Source: Eledone cirrhosa
Taxonomy: Eukaryota
Length of the DNA stretch: 64,000 nt
Assembly: GCA_964016885.1 (NCBI GenBank)
Contig: OZ024742.1
Location: 371,938,001 to 372,002,000, forward strand
Direction of reading: 5' to 3'
The position numbers were made by a program, and so were the translations under genes. The notes below the pieces were generated by a model that saw nothing but the letters and a program-made list of their open reading frames with translations, made no database searches and had not been told where the DNA came from. Shown piece after piece: positions 13,201-25,899 of the stretch (positions within the stretch are counted from its first letter, which is position 1; each line of letters starts with the position of its first letter).

Positions 13201-14973
13201 TATTTAGTTCTTATCTCTACATGTTCACCATACCTAGTTCTTATCTCTACATGTTCATTATATCTAGTTCTTATCTCTACATGTTCACCATACCTAGTCC
13301 TTAATTTTACATCTTTACCATACCTAGTTCTTATCTCTACATGTTCACCATATTTAGTTCTTATATCTACATGTTCACCATACCTAGTTCTTATCTCTAC
13401 ATGTTCGCCATATTTAGTCCTTATCTCTACATATTCACCATACCTAGTTCTTATCTCTACATATTCACCATACCTACTTCTTATCTCTACATGTTCACCA
13501 TATTTAGTTCTTATCTCTACATGTTCACCATACCAAGTTCTTATCTCTACATGTTCACCATATTTAGTTCTTATCTCTACATGTTCACCATACCTAGTTC
13601 TTATCTCTACATGTTCATTATAGCTAGTTCTTATCTCTACATGTTCACCATACCTAGTCCTTAATTTTACATCTTTACCATACCTAGTTCTTATCTCTAC
13701 ATGTTCACCATATTTAGTCCTTATCTCTACATGTTCACCATACCTAGTCCTTATCTCTACATGTTCACCATATTTAGTCCTTATCTCTACATGTTCACCA
13801 TACCTAGTTCTTATCTCTACATGTTCACCATATTTAGTTCTTATCTCTACATGTTCACCATACCTAGTTCTTATCTCTACATATTCACCATACCTAGTTC
13901 TTATCTCTACATGTTCACCATACCTAGTTCTTATCTCTACATATTCACCATACCTAGTTCTTATCTCTACATGTTCACCATATTTAGTTCTTATCTCTAC
14001 ATGTTCACCATACCTAGTTCTTATCTCTACATGTTCACCATACCTAGTTCTTATCTCTACATGTTCACCATACCTAGTTCTTATCTCTACATGTTCACCA
14101 TACCTAGTTCTTATCTCTACATGTTCACCATACCTAGTTCTTATCTCTACATGTTCACCATACCTAGTTCTTATCTCTACATGTTCACCATACCTAGTTC
14201 TTATCTCTACATATTCACCATACCTAGTTCTTATCTCTACATGTTCACCATACCTAGTTCTTATCTCTACATGTTCACCATACCTAGTTCTTATCTCTAC
14301 ATGTTCACCATATTTAGTTCTTATCTCTACATGTTCACCATACCTAGTTCTTATCTCTACATGTTCACCATACCTAGTTCTTATCTCTACATGTTCACCA
14401 TATTTATTTCTTATCTCTACATGTTCACCATACCTAGTTCTTATCTCTACATGTTCACCATACCTAGTTCTCATCTCTACATGTTCACCATACCTAGTTC
14501 TTATCTCTACATGTTCACCATACCTAGTTCTTATCTCTACATGTTCACTATATTTAGTTCTTATCTCTACATGTTCACCAGACCTAGTTCTTATCTCTAC
14601 ATGTTCACCATATTTAGTTTTTATCTCTACATATTCACCATACCTAGTCCTTATTTCTACATGTTCACCATACCTGGTTCATATCTCTACATGTTCACCA
14701 TACCTAGTTCTTATCTCTACATGTTCACCATATTTAGTTCTTATCTCTACATGTTCACCATACCTAGTTCTTATCTCTACATGTTCACCATACCTAGTTC
14801 TTATCTCTACATGTTCACCATATTTAGTCCTTATCTCTACATGTTCACCATACCTAGTTCTTATCTCTACATGTTCACCATATTTAGTCCTTATCTCTAC
14901 ATGTTCACCATATTTAGTTCTTAGCTCTACATGTTTACCACCTCCCCTTCCTACCTCTACATGTTCACCATAC
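10278..14973. repeat. 30-bp minisatellite (ATGTTCACCATACCTAGTTCTTATCTCTAC), about 156 units
   Basis: Exact 30-bp phase maintained over about 4.7 kb; substitution variants only. Confidence 0.97.
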
Positions 14974-15008
14974 CCACAACTAATATATATAATCTATTGT
15001 AATTTCAG

Positions 15009-15091
15009 GCTACAGTTTATCAGAGATCACGTTAACCAAGGCCCAGTCTTGGGCCAACTTCAGACTAAATTTTGATGCCATCTGGACCTGA
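15009..15091 (+). CDS. Candidate terminal coding exon of the same unidentified host gene
   Basis: Acceptor ctattgtaatttcAG; spliced to 8878-8902 gives TRDKDKDDGYSLSEITLTKAQSWANFRLNFDAIWT* (stop 15089-15091) or LETKIKTMATVYQRSR* (earlier stop); AT-rich UTR-like sequence follows. Confidence 0.5.
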
Positions 15092-15905
15092 TATTCATTG
15101 CCCTCTAAATATCTCTTTCATTAGGTCTGGTTTAAGAAATCAAAGGATAGAACAGCATGAAGGCTTTTTATATATATATGATGTTGATGATATATATATA
15201 TATACACATAGATACATGCATATATATATTTATGTATATATATATATATATACATACATATATATATTTATGTATATATATATACACGCACACACATATA
15301 TATAAGCAAAATCTACAACAACACGAAGGGTTATATGTATATATGTATGTCATATACAAACAAAAAATGAAAGAAATTTAATAAGATTCTTGACAACACC
15401 ACATATGTAGACAGTGCTGAGACACTTAGAATGGCAAAGAAATTCTTTGGAATCAGAAATAGGAAGAAAAAATGGTGAAATGAAAAGATAGAATCTGCTT
15501 TGTTACTGGAAAAGGTTATTAAATTATGTTACTCACTCTATATGAAATTGGCTGTGTCGTCACCCAGTGAAAATATTTTAATTTTTAATTCCTAGATTGC
15601 ATAGAATCCAAGAGAGAGGAACAATGAAGTGATAATTCCAATAGCCTGGTGACATTGTTTAACAAAGGTTTACATTTTTAAACCATTTATTTTTTACCAG
15701 AACAAAGCCAGGAGTGTTTGTCTTAAATAATTTCTTTATCATCCAGTCAACAATTTTTAAAGTCATTTCATCTTTGTCATTTTTAAAAAAGGAACAACAA
15801 CAACAATTTATATCTTATAAATGTTTATTTTAATCCATGTTAACAGCATTTTTATTCTGTGAAAATACCTCAAGTAATCTATCATTATATGAATTTTTAT
15901 ACATA

Positions 15906-16090
15906 GGCGGTGAATTGGCAGTATCGGTAGAGGATCGGACGCCATGCTTTCTAGAATAGTTACGTCCCTTTACGATCTGAGTTCAAATCCCGCTGAGGTT
16001 AACTTTGCCTTTCATCCTTACGGGGTCGATAAAATAAAGTACCAGTAATGTACTGGGTAATTGCTGGCCTTGTGCCAAAAGTAGAAACAA
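15906..16090 (+). mobile_element. tRNA-derived SINE (family with copies near 20555, 22794, 24790 and 32295)
   Basis: A-box-like TGGCAGTATCGG, B-box GAGTTCAAATCC, shared body AACTTTGCCTTTCATCCTTACGGGGTCGATAAAATAAAGTACCAGT. Confidence 0.85.
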
Positions 16091-16164
16091 TTATATGAAT
16101 TTTTATAATTTATTAATACGTAGCTGTTGGTGGAATACCATATATACCTCAACTGTTTAATAGG

Positions 16165-16353
16165 TTTATATCATATATGTATGTATATGTGTACATATAT
16201 ATATATGTGCATGTATATATATGTATGTATGTATATATATATATATGTGTGTATGTATATATGTATGCATGTATATGTGTATGTATATATATATATGTGT
16301 ATGTATGTGTGTGTATATATTTATGTATATATATATATGTGTATGTATGTATG

Positions 16354-16390
<37 letters not shown>

Positions 16391-16571
16391 GTGTATGTAT
16401 GTGTGTGTATATATATATGTGTATGTATGTATGTGTGTGTATATGTGTATGTATGTATGTATGTGTGTGTATATATTTATGTATATATATATATGTGTAT
16501 GTATGTATGTGTGTGTATATGTGTATGTATGTATGTATGTGTGTGTATATGTGTATGTATGTATGTGTGTG

Positions 16572-16609
<38 letters not shown>

Positions 16610-17130
16610 GTTGGTGTTAGGAAGGGCATCCAACTGTAGAAAACCCGCCAGACAGTCCTATGCGAGCAAGACAATCACTCTTGCCTCAAGTGGGAAAACC
16701 CCCGTCCAAACCCATGCAAGCGTGGAACACGGACGTTAAACGTTGATGATGATATATATATATATGTGTGTATGTATGTATATATATATGTGTATGTATG
16801 TATGTATATATATATGTGTATGTATGTATGTATATATATATGTGTATGTATGTGTATGTATGTATGTAAGTATATATGTATGTATGTATGTATGTATGAA
16901 AGTATATATATATGTATGTATGTATATGTATGTATATATATGTATGTATGTATGTATATATATATGTATGTATATATTTATATGTATGTGTGTGTGTATA
17001 TATATACACACACAGTCCTATACGAGCGAGACACGATCCCCTGATCAATCTTGCCTCAAGTGGAGCAATTCCTGTCTAACTGTTGCTAGGGTGGAAGATA
17101 TACATGTTTACATATGTATACATATGTATA
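16165..17130. repeat. (TA/TG)n microsatellite tracts with a short RTE-type 3' end at about 16605-16750
   Basis: Directly visible; the insert matches the RTE 3' tail at 49890-50045 (GGACGTTAAA..GATGATGAT). Confidence 0.85.
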
Positions 17131-17728
17131 TGGTGGTTGCCAACTCGTTTTCGAGTACGGCCACTACCTTATATCCATGTAGGAGAACCCCTACCGATGC
17201 GCTGAACGAGTGTGACTTTTTAGTCCAGCCAGCCACCTGAAAACTCTGGTACAAACACTACACCTGTGACAATTATTGACACATAGTGCTGGGCCCATGG
17301 AACCATGTGACGACAAGTGCAGAGATCTCCAGATATAAAGCAATGCCTGTGCCGTGAAGCTTTTATAGTGAGCAAAGGCACTGCACAAAGCCAGTCCCAC
17401 TCTCTTAACCAAGATGATATTTACCAAAAAGAAGAAAAGTCAACATCATTGGATACCATCAGGGTTGCAGGTGTTATATCAGAGTTTTCTTTCTCCTAGA
17501 ATTCTGCCTTGACAAAGGCTAAGGGGTCATCTCTCCCGGTGATTTTGGATGGCCAAGAGCTCCTTTGCCCTTTGACAGGTTTTGTTTTTAGTCCTGCAGG
17601 ATGTCCAAAGTCACCCTCCTCATCAAGAAACCTTGGTGGGGTTGCCAGTTTAGTCGCCAACGACCCGACCATGAGACAGGTTGTACTGGGATACATGTTA
17701 CCAGTAGCACCAACTGGTGACCTGACAT
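17130..17728 (-). mobile_element. About 600-bp non-autonomous RTE-derived element (copy A)
   Basis: Near-identical copies at 48132, 49248 and 53083; minus strand keeps a C-terminal C2H2 remnant ([20 protein letters not shown]); flanked by TA-rich microsatellite. Confidence 0.75.
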
Positions 17729-17871
17729 ATGTATATACATACATACATACATGTATACATTTGTTTATACATGTATCCATATGTATACATGTATATATAC
17801 ATGTATCCATATGTATACATGTATATATACATGTACATATACATGTATACATGTACATATACATGTATATA

Positions 17872-18292
17872 CAAAATCACCGGGACAGATGACCCCCTTA
17901 GCCTTTGTCAAGGCAGAATTCTAGGAGAAGGAAAACTCTGATATAACACCTGCAACCCTGATGGTATCCAATGATGTTGACTTTTCTTCTTTTTGGTAAA
18001 TATCATCTTGGTTAAGAGAGTGGGACTGGCTTTGTGCAGTGCCTTTGCTCACTATAAAAGCTTCACGGCCCAGGCATTGCTTTATATCTGGAGATCTCTC
18101 TGCAATTGTCGTCACATGGTACCATGGGCCCAGCACTATGTGTCAATAATTGTCACAGGTGTAGTGTTTGTACCAGAGTTTTCAGGTGGCTGGCTGGACT
18201 AAAATGTGACACTCGTTCAGCGCATCGGTGGGGGTTCTCCTACATGGATATAAAGTAGTGGCCGTACTCGAAAACGAGTTGGCAGCCACCAT
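17872..18292 (+). mobile_element. 5'-truncated, inverted copy (B) of the 600-bp element
   Basis: Reverse complement of about 17130-17548. Confidence 0.8.
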
Positions 18293-18678
18293 ACATATGT
18301 ATATACATGTATATATACATGTATACATATGTATACATGTATATACATATGTATACATGTATATATACATGTATACATGTATATACATATGTATACATAT
18401 ATAGTTCAGAGTTAAAAAAGACAAACACAGAACAACCACGCAGCCGCAGCCTTATTAGTTTCGGTCTTGTCAGAAAAGGAAGAAGGTTTCAATGTATCGG
18501 ACTTTAGTCCTTCATCAGGAAAGAGTAAGGTGATGAGAGAGAGAAAGAGTAGTTAGGAGTGAGTAGGGTGGGGGTGGAAAGTTGCAAAAAAAAAAAAAAA
18601 TGCATCATGCGTGTGTGTGTATTGTTTTTAATTTTTGTGTGAGCGTTGGAGTGTATACTTTGTTCATGATGTTGTATG

Positions 18679-18721
<43 letters not shown>

Positions 18722-19804
18722 ATATGTAGGGAACAGCTTTTCTTTCCAACATGTTACATTGAAAACATGACTGCGCTCCAGTTTGACCATTTTTATTAAG
18801 GATTTTTTCATATTTCCTTATTAGATCTTTGCACTAATTTGAGAACATTAACATCCCTTAATCTATGTCTGTAGTAATGATGCCATAGTCATATTAGTGG
18901 CATTGTTGGTCATGTGCTTAGCAGTGGTCGTAAAATATCCTCTGAATGGTAGGAAGTAGCAGATGCCTGATTTACCATTTCTCAGTGGTTGAAGTATGGT
19001 AGATACTGTAATTGGTTTTCTGTGTCCTTCCAAACATTAATACACACGTCATCATCATTTCACATCCATTTTCCTTGCAATCAAGGTTCATCACAGTACT
19101 TCACTGGAGTTCCTGACTTCTCAGATTGGCCCACATTTCACCCTACATATGTTCCAACACTAGGGAAGTTGGCATGGGTTTGACACAACGGAAGAGTCAG
19201 CTATACATTTTGTTTGGCAAATCTTCTAATGCTGGATGCCCTTTCTATCACCAACTACTCAACACAGTGTACTAAATGCATTTTATCATATGGACCACCA
19301 ACACTAGAGGTTGGCATGTCCTTAAAAAATGAAGAGTCCTCTCATCTCTTAAGCATGGATGCCTTTTCTATAAATAACCACATTACAGGGTATACTGAGT
19401 GTATTTTTGGTAGCACCAGCACTAGAGAGGTTGTTTGCCTCTTCTACTAGTCCCAGACACAGATTTCCCTGCATTTCTTTATACAGCTGTCATCCTCCAT
19501 ATACATCACATGTCCATACCAATGCAGTCTTCTCCTCTGTGCACGACATCCAATTCCTTTTATGCTAAGTTTTTCTCTCAGCTCACTTATGCTACATCAT
19601 TCATGTACACTAACGTTACATATCCATTGAAGCATACTCTTATCATTTCTTTCTAGCCTTCACAGGTTTTCTGTTGAAAAGGCCCCTGTTTTACTGCTAT
19701 GTAGCATTGCAGTTCACAGACATCATGCTGAGAGAAACACATATATAGTACAGTCTTTGCTAGCTGCAAAAACAGATATTAAATGAAGATGTATATATGT
19801 ACAT

Positions 19805-20450
19805 ATCAGACCCACCAGTCTGACTGGGATAACCTGGTTAAGCTAGCCTGGTTCAACTCATCTAGCTTGACTCATATTGGTTTATAGTCAGCCAGTCTAG
19901 ACAGGTTCGCTGACTAGCCCAGACAACCATGCGACTCCCTAGTTCAGCCATGCCAGATAGGCCTGGATAAGCTCAACCAGCCAGGCCAGATAGGCCCGGA
20001 TAAGCTCAACCAGCCAGCCAACCTGGCTAAGCCATATCCTTGCCCCATTCAACACAGCCTGCTAGTACTAGGTCAACCAACCTGGATCAGCTCAGCAGGC
20101 CCATCCAGACTCAGATTTCTTGCCAAGCCAGGCCATACAACCCAGCCATCTTTGCTCATCCAGCCAGACTTGACTTGGCTAGTTAATCCACCTAAGCCAG
20201 CCTGTTTATCCAGTCCAGCCATGCCAGTCTAGCTAGGTCAAGACGAATCGGCTCTGAGAGCTGAGTCAGTCTAGAGCAGGCAGCCTGTCCTTGATGCCAG
20301 CTAGACAGCTTAGCCAACTTGTCCAGGCCAAGCCATACCACTCAGCTCAGCCAGTCTGGCTCAACACAACCAAATACAACCAGCCAGGCTGAGCTTATTG
20401 TCCTGACCAGCCTGTCTATTTCAGATCAGGCCATACCACCCAGTCCAATC
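19805..20450. repeat. Degenerate CCAGC/CCAGG-rich low-complexity repeat
   Basis: Recurring ccagcc/agcca motifs and a local duplication GCCAGATAGGCC(T/C)GGATAAGCTCAACCAGCC. Confidence 0.6.
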
Positions 20451-20554
20451 ATAAACAAATGGCATTGCTTGCTTGAACAATAACATGAAGTCGTGTGCAA
20501 AGACAGAAATACATACATTAGTCAGAATAAAACTATAACAATTCCTTTTAATTT

Positions 20555-20745
20555 AGGCACAAGGTGAACAATTTGGTGGAGGTGAAATAAATCAACCACA
20601 GTAGTAAACTGGTACTATATTTTATCCCCGTCAGAAGTATAAAGTAAAGTTGACCTCAGCAGGGTTTGAACTCAGAGTAGAGAGAGCTAATAGAAATACT
20701 ACAACACAATCTATACAACATTCTAACGACTCTGCCAATTAGCTG
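20555..20745 (-). mobile_element. Diverged tRNA-derived SINE
   Basis: Reverse complement of the 15906 family (AAAGTTGACCTCAGCAGGGTTTGAACTCAGA). Confidence 0.7.
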
Positions 20746-21464
20746 CCTGTGTGTAATGACAACAATTCACACAAATGAAAGGCACAGGTATGGCTGTGTA
20801 GTTAGGGAGTTTCAGAACCATAATTCAGGGCTCTGTCGTGCTGTGTGGTACCATGGATGTCTACTACTGTAGCCTCAGGTTAACTATTCCTTCATGTGGA
20901 AGTTGGTAGACTGTGAAACATGATGATTATGATGATGTATCTATATATGTCTGTGTGTAAGAATATCAGTGCCAAAAGTTGTGTTGAGTTATGTCCCTTT
21001 ATACCAAAGAAATAAGCCAGCTTTGCTATTTAATGACTAAACAGTCTAAAGATCAATAGAATAAATAATCAAACATATGTACTGGTATCAATCACTATTA
21101 TTATTGACTATCATTCGCGAAGAAGGTTGTGTGTGTGTGTGTGTATCTCATCCAAGTTTATGCTTACATTTGTCAGTTTCTGTGTTTAACTTCGCAGTTC
21201 ACCAAAAAAAAAATGCTTAATAAAATAAGTACTGAGGATATTGATATGATTTATTAAAAAATCAAGGTGGTGCCCCAGCATGGCCACAGTCTAATGACTG
21301 AAACAAGTAAAAGAATACAGAATAAACAAGTACATTTCAAAAATAAACAAACAATTATATCAATTTACAGATTTTATTCTTGATATTTATGTTTTTAACA
21401 TTTCATATATATATTATATAATTTATATATAGATATATATATCAATAATTTATATATATATATA

Positions 21465-21800
21465 TCATCATTTCATTTTACGTCCGCTTTTCCCTGCTTA
21501 CAAGGGTGGGACGGGAACTGATTTTTTGGCTTGATTTCTACAGCTGGATGCCCTTCCTAACACCAACCTCATTTACAGTGAGTGCTGGGTGCTTTTTTGC
21601 CGTGGCACCTCCACGACCACTTTGCAGTGGAATGATAGGGACCCCAGTCCCTATCATCTCATTTCTACAGCTGAGTAAACTGGAGCAATGTGAAATAAAG
21701 TGTCTTGCTCAAGGAAACAACACATCACCTGGTCTGAGAATTGAACTCACAACCTTTCGATTGCAAGGCCAATGCTCTAACCACTAAGCCATGTGCCTCC
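21465..21800 (-). mobile_element. Full-length CORE-type SINE with tRNA head and RTE-derived tail
   Basis: Minus strand: TGGCTTAGTGG A-box, GAGTTCAATTC B-box, CORE-like CTTGAGCAAGACACT..CTCAGCTGTAGAAATG, tail shared with local RTE 3' ends; second partial copy at 48803-49112. Confidence 0.75.
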
Positions 21801-21999
21801 TACAATCTCTCTCTCTCTCTTTTTTTAAGATGACAAACAACTGGAAGTTTCTGGGAGTTGAAAACAAGAATATATATTTTTTCTGCATTATAAACAATCG
21901 TTATCTACTCGTTTGAAAATGCATCAAGTTGGGCCAGTTATACACAAGACAGAAACAAAACAGGTTTTGTTTAAAAACAGCTAGCGAATTTGAAAATTA

Positions 22000-22233
22000 G
22001 GTAGTAACGTGCTTACGCTATATTTGACTAAACAAAATTAGTCTGTTAGTTGGTATTTTGAAAAAGCCTCTGAATGGAAAAAAGGATGAATATTGACGTA
22101 AACTAAAGATGTGGGTTCATGTTCCATGTAGGTCGATACTCATCCTTTTTTCCATTCAAAGGTTTTTTTTTTAAATCCCAACTAACAGACTAATTTTATT
22201 TAGTCAAATACGGTGTAAGCACATGTTACTACC
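22000..22233. mobile_element. Palindromic MITE flanked by TA (Tc1/mariner-type target site)
   Basis: GGTAGTAAC...GTTACTACC termini, imperfect inverted arms of about 100 bp, TA on both sides. Confidence 0.75.
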
Positions 22234-22251
22234 TATATATATATATATATA

Positions 22252-23875
22252 TGATGATTTAACTCTCATAGCTGAATCTATGGCTGAACTAGAGAAGTTC
22301 CAAACATCGAAGCATGGCCGAGAATCAAAAGGCCTTAAAGTTAACTTGTCTAAGACTAAAGTCCTAGTGTGTAGAAAGGAAAATAGGGCACAGATGCCCT
22401 CTGGGAAATGGCCTTGCTCAGAGTATAGGAAAGGAGTAGGTAGAAATTCCATTCTATGCTCCAAATGCAAACTATGGGATCACAGGTAAGCTATCTAAGA
22501 ATGTAGATTTTACATGTGCCCGGTGCTTAGGTGCAGTAAGTAGCAAGGACCCACTGGGTGCTATCTCCTTCTATTGCCCAGATGGTTCTATAGAAATTTT
22601 GGACACTTTCTGTTGCCTGGGTGACAAAATCAGCAGTAGAGGAAGGTGCTCTGAAAGTACAGTAGCCAGAGTTAAAACGGGATGGAAAACGTTCAGAGAG
22701 CTAATACCGATGTTGGCCACAAGGGGTTTTTCTCTAAAAATTGAAGGCAGTTTGTATGATGATTGTATACGAATAGCAATGCTACATGGTAGTAAGGGCA
22801 GTGGATTGGCAGAATCGGTAGACCGTCGGATACTATGCTTTGCAACATCGAATTACAGCCCTTTACATTCTGAGTTCAAATCCCGCTGAGATTAACTTTG
22901 CCTTTCATCCTTACGGGGTCGATAAAATAAAGTACCAGTCACGCACCGGGGTCAATCAAGAAAATTGCTGGCTTTGTGCCTATAGTAGAAACTGATGTTA
23001 GTAGAAACAGTTATTATTATTATTAGTTCATTTACGTCCCTTTACGATCTGAGTTCAAATCCTGCCAAGGTTGACTTTGCCTTTCATCCTTACGTAAAGT
23101 ACCAGTAATGGACAGGTTGATTTAATCTACTTTCCCCTCCCTCAAATTACTGGCCTTGTGCCTATACTTGAAATCAATATTACATGGTAGTGAGACCTGG
23201 GCGCTGTGTACTGAAGACTTGCGTAGATTAGAAAGAAATGAAGCTTGGATGTGTAATAGTAATGTACGTGAACGGCAAAGCATAAACGAATTGAGAGAGA
23301 GACTAAGCATTAGAGGTATCAAATGTTGTGCTGGAGAGGAGATCGTGTTGGTATGGACATGTGATGCGTATGAAGGACAACAGTTGTATAAAAAAATGCA
23401 GAGCGATCAAAATTGATGGAAGCTACGGAGTGGGTAGACCAAGAAAAACCTGGGATGAAGTGATAAAAACCGGCCTTGCTCACACCTCTCTAAAGACAAT
23501 GTCACTGGATCGAGATCTTTGGTGCTATACAGTTGTACAGAAGACCCACCTTTCCTTGCATACAAAATTAAACCTACAGTCAGTACCCCACCCCACACAC
23601 CCTACTCCATCCTCCCATTTCTGTCTGCTGTAAAGTGGTCATATTGGTGACAAGACAAAAAGCACCCAGTCCACACTGTAAAGTGGTCGTGTAGGAGACA
23701 CGGTAAAAAGGCTCCCAGTCCACACTGTAAATGTGGTTGGTTTTAAGAAGGGAATCCAGCCGTAGAAAACCTGCCAGGGACAGTTCTATACGAGACATGG
23801 TCTCCCGACCAATCTCGCCTGAAGTGGAACAAAACCGTCCAACCCATGCTAGCATGGAAGATGGATGTTAAACGA
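22252..23875 (+). mobile_element. Decayed RTE-clade LINE 3' part, interrupted by a SINE dimer
   Basis: Fragments GLKVNLSKTK, MLHGS/ETW, WYGHVMRM, GRPRKTW; same family as 49885-50870. Confidence 0.85.
22794..23180 (+). mobile_element. Tandem SINE pair bounded by one 11-bp target-site duplication
   Basis: TACATGGTAGT at 22783-22793 and 23181-23191; two SINE bodies in between. Confidence 0.8.
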
Positions 23876-23939
23876 TGATATATATATATATGGGGGGATG
23901 TTCATTATTTACATAAACAGGATTGACATGCACAGCCAG

Positions 23940-24722
23940 GTTGGAAGTGGTATCATGACTGGCAGGTGTAAAATCAGCAGACGACATGGTGTTACTTAAC
24001 TCGACAGAAGATGATCTTCGACTTGGACTTGATAGGTTTGATTCCGAGTGCTTCATGGCTGGAATGAAAATCAGTGCTGCGAAGACTGAGACACTCGTTC
24101 TCTCAAGGAAGCTTGCGCAGTGCACTCTATATGTGAACGGAGTTCCACTGAAGCAGGTAGAAAAGTTCAAGTATCTCGGGGCCGCGTTCATGAGTGATAG
24201 AAAGCAGAAGGCTGAATTAACTGCAAAAATTGCAGGAGTTGGTGCAGTAATGTGCCAGCTTCAGCATTCAGTAATCAGAAGGGAGGTAGGTGTATAAGCG
24301 AGACTCGCTATCTTCAATTCAGTATTTGTGCCAACCCTTACCTATGATCATGAATCTTGGCTAATGACTAAAAGAACACAATCTTTGGAGTAATGTTACT
24401 TGATAAAGTGTGTAGCTTGGAGATCAAAGATTCACTCCAGGTAGAGCCGCTACTTCTCCAAATTGAGAGATCACAGCTCCGATACTATGGGCATGTGGTT
24501 AGAATGTCACAGGGAAGAATCAATGGATAGATTTTACAGGCAAAACCAACTGGCATGAGGCTCCGAGCAAGATGGTTGGATAACATCCATTAGCTTGGTT
24601 GATTTCGCTTGGGGATCCAGCTAGATCAGTCAGAGACAGTTGCTTTTTACAGGACCCACTATAAGGAGTGTGTGAAGACTCTACTCCCATGGTCCTGTCA
24701 GGAATAAGTGTGTGAAGAAGAA
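23940..24722 (+). mobile_element. Decayed RTE-like LINE 3' fragment (second family)
   Basis: ADDMVLL, GMKISAAKTE, QVEKFKYLG motifs; stops and frameshifts downstream. Confidence 0.8.
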
Positions 24723-24789
24723 GCTTTAGTTAACGATTTGAAATACTTCACACAAACACTGAATATTTATGTCTTTTAGTACAATGGAT

Positions 24790-24998
24790 AGGCAGTATCT
24801 GTAGAGGGGTGGACGCCATGCTTTGCAGCATACAGTTACGGCCCTTTATGATCTGAGTTCAAATCCCGCCGAGGTTAACTTTGCCTTTCATCCTTAAGGG
24901 GTCGATAAAATAAAGTACCAGTCACGTACTGAGGTCGAATTAATCGACTTTCCCCTCCTCCCAAAATTGCTGGCCTTGTGCCTATATAAGAAACCAAT
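24790..24998 (+). mobile_element. tRNA-derived SINE
   Basis: Same family as the copy at 15906. Confidence 0.85.
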
Positions 24999-25899
24999 AT
25001 TTATGTCTTCTGCCTTAACGGTCACTTGTTACTCCCACTCTCACTCCTTTTCTTACTGCCACTCTTCCTTCTATTATCACACGCCCTTTCCCTCCCACTG
25101 TCACCCTCTCTTCCCCACTCCACGTCCGCCATACCATTCTGTAACTGAAGGGAATAAAATTCTAAAATTCCAGGAATTATCTGGAAACTATTTTCTGAGC
25201 CTATGGCGTTCGAGATTCTTGTCATTGTTGGCTGCTCATCTTACCAACATATCAGATGTTGTTCCTGCTGAGGGTGCTTGACTATTGCAGTGTCTTAGCC
25301 TCGTTCAATGCCGTGAGTGTATTTGTTTGTCTAAAATTTATTAGAGGGAAGATCCAGCGTTCATTGAGTGTGTGTGTCTTCTGCCACTTTAACACACACA
25401 TATATATACACATTGTGTTTATTTGTATGCATAATTATGTGAAATTAGGGTCTGGTGAGGAGGGTATATGCAACCCCAGCAGCAGGAAAACAAAACAAGA
25501 CAATGGTCATCTACCACAACTTTAGCTTAAATAGCTTCACCAAACCAAAATCAGGCAAGCGTGGTGAGTATGGCGATATCCCTGACATGACCAAAAACAA
25601 ACAGAAAGTTGCAGACATCAACCAGTACGTCAACCAAAACATGAAGTACATATATACACACACCCAACATACGTACGAACCCGCATACTCACAGACGCAA
25701 AACTCCCGTATACACATAACCAAAAGCATATGTACCAGATTATATAAAAATATACGCCATAACATATACAATCAAATATACATACGAGAAAGTATACGTA
25801 CCTTCACAAAACATACAGGTAATATATACTTACCTATGCAAATAAGTAATGGTATAAACATAACATATACTTAGCTACCACATCAAGACGTAAAATATC

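Noticed and set aside
10272-14474. 1400-aa minus-strand ORF of RTRYGEHVEI repeats
   Set aside because: The 30-bp unit has no stop in that frame and few variants exist; the start ATG is a one-off repeat variant; no unique domain; probably intronic and antisense to the candidate gene.
21730-21800. tRNA gene
   Set aside because: A and B boxes are present but run into a CORE-like body and LINE tail; it is a SINE head.
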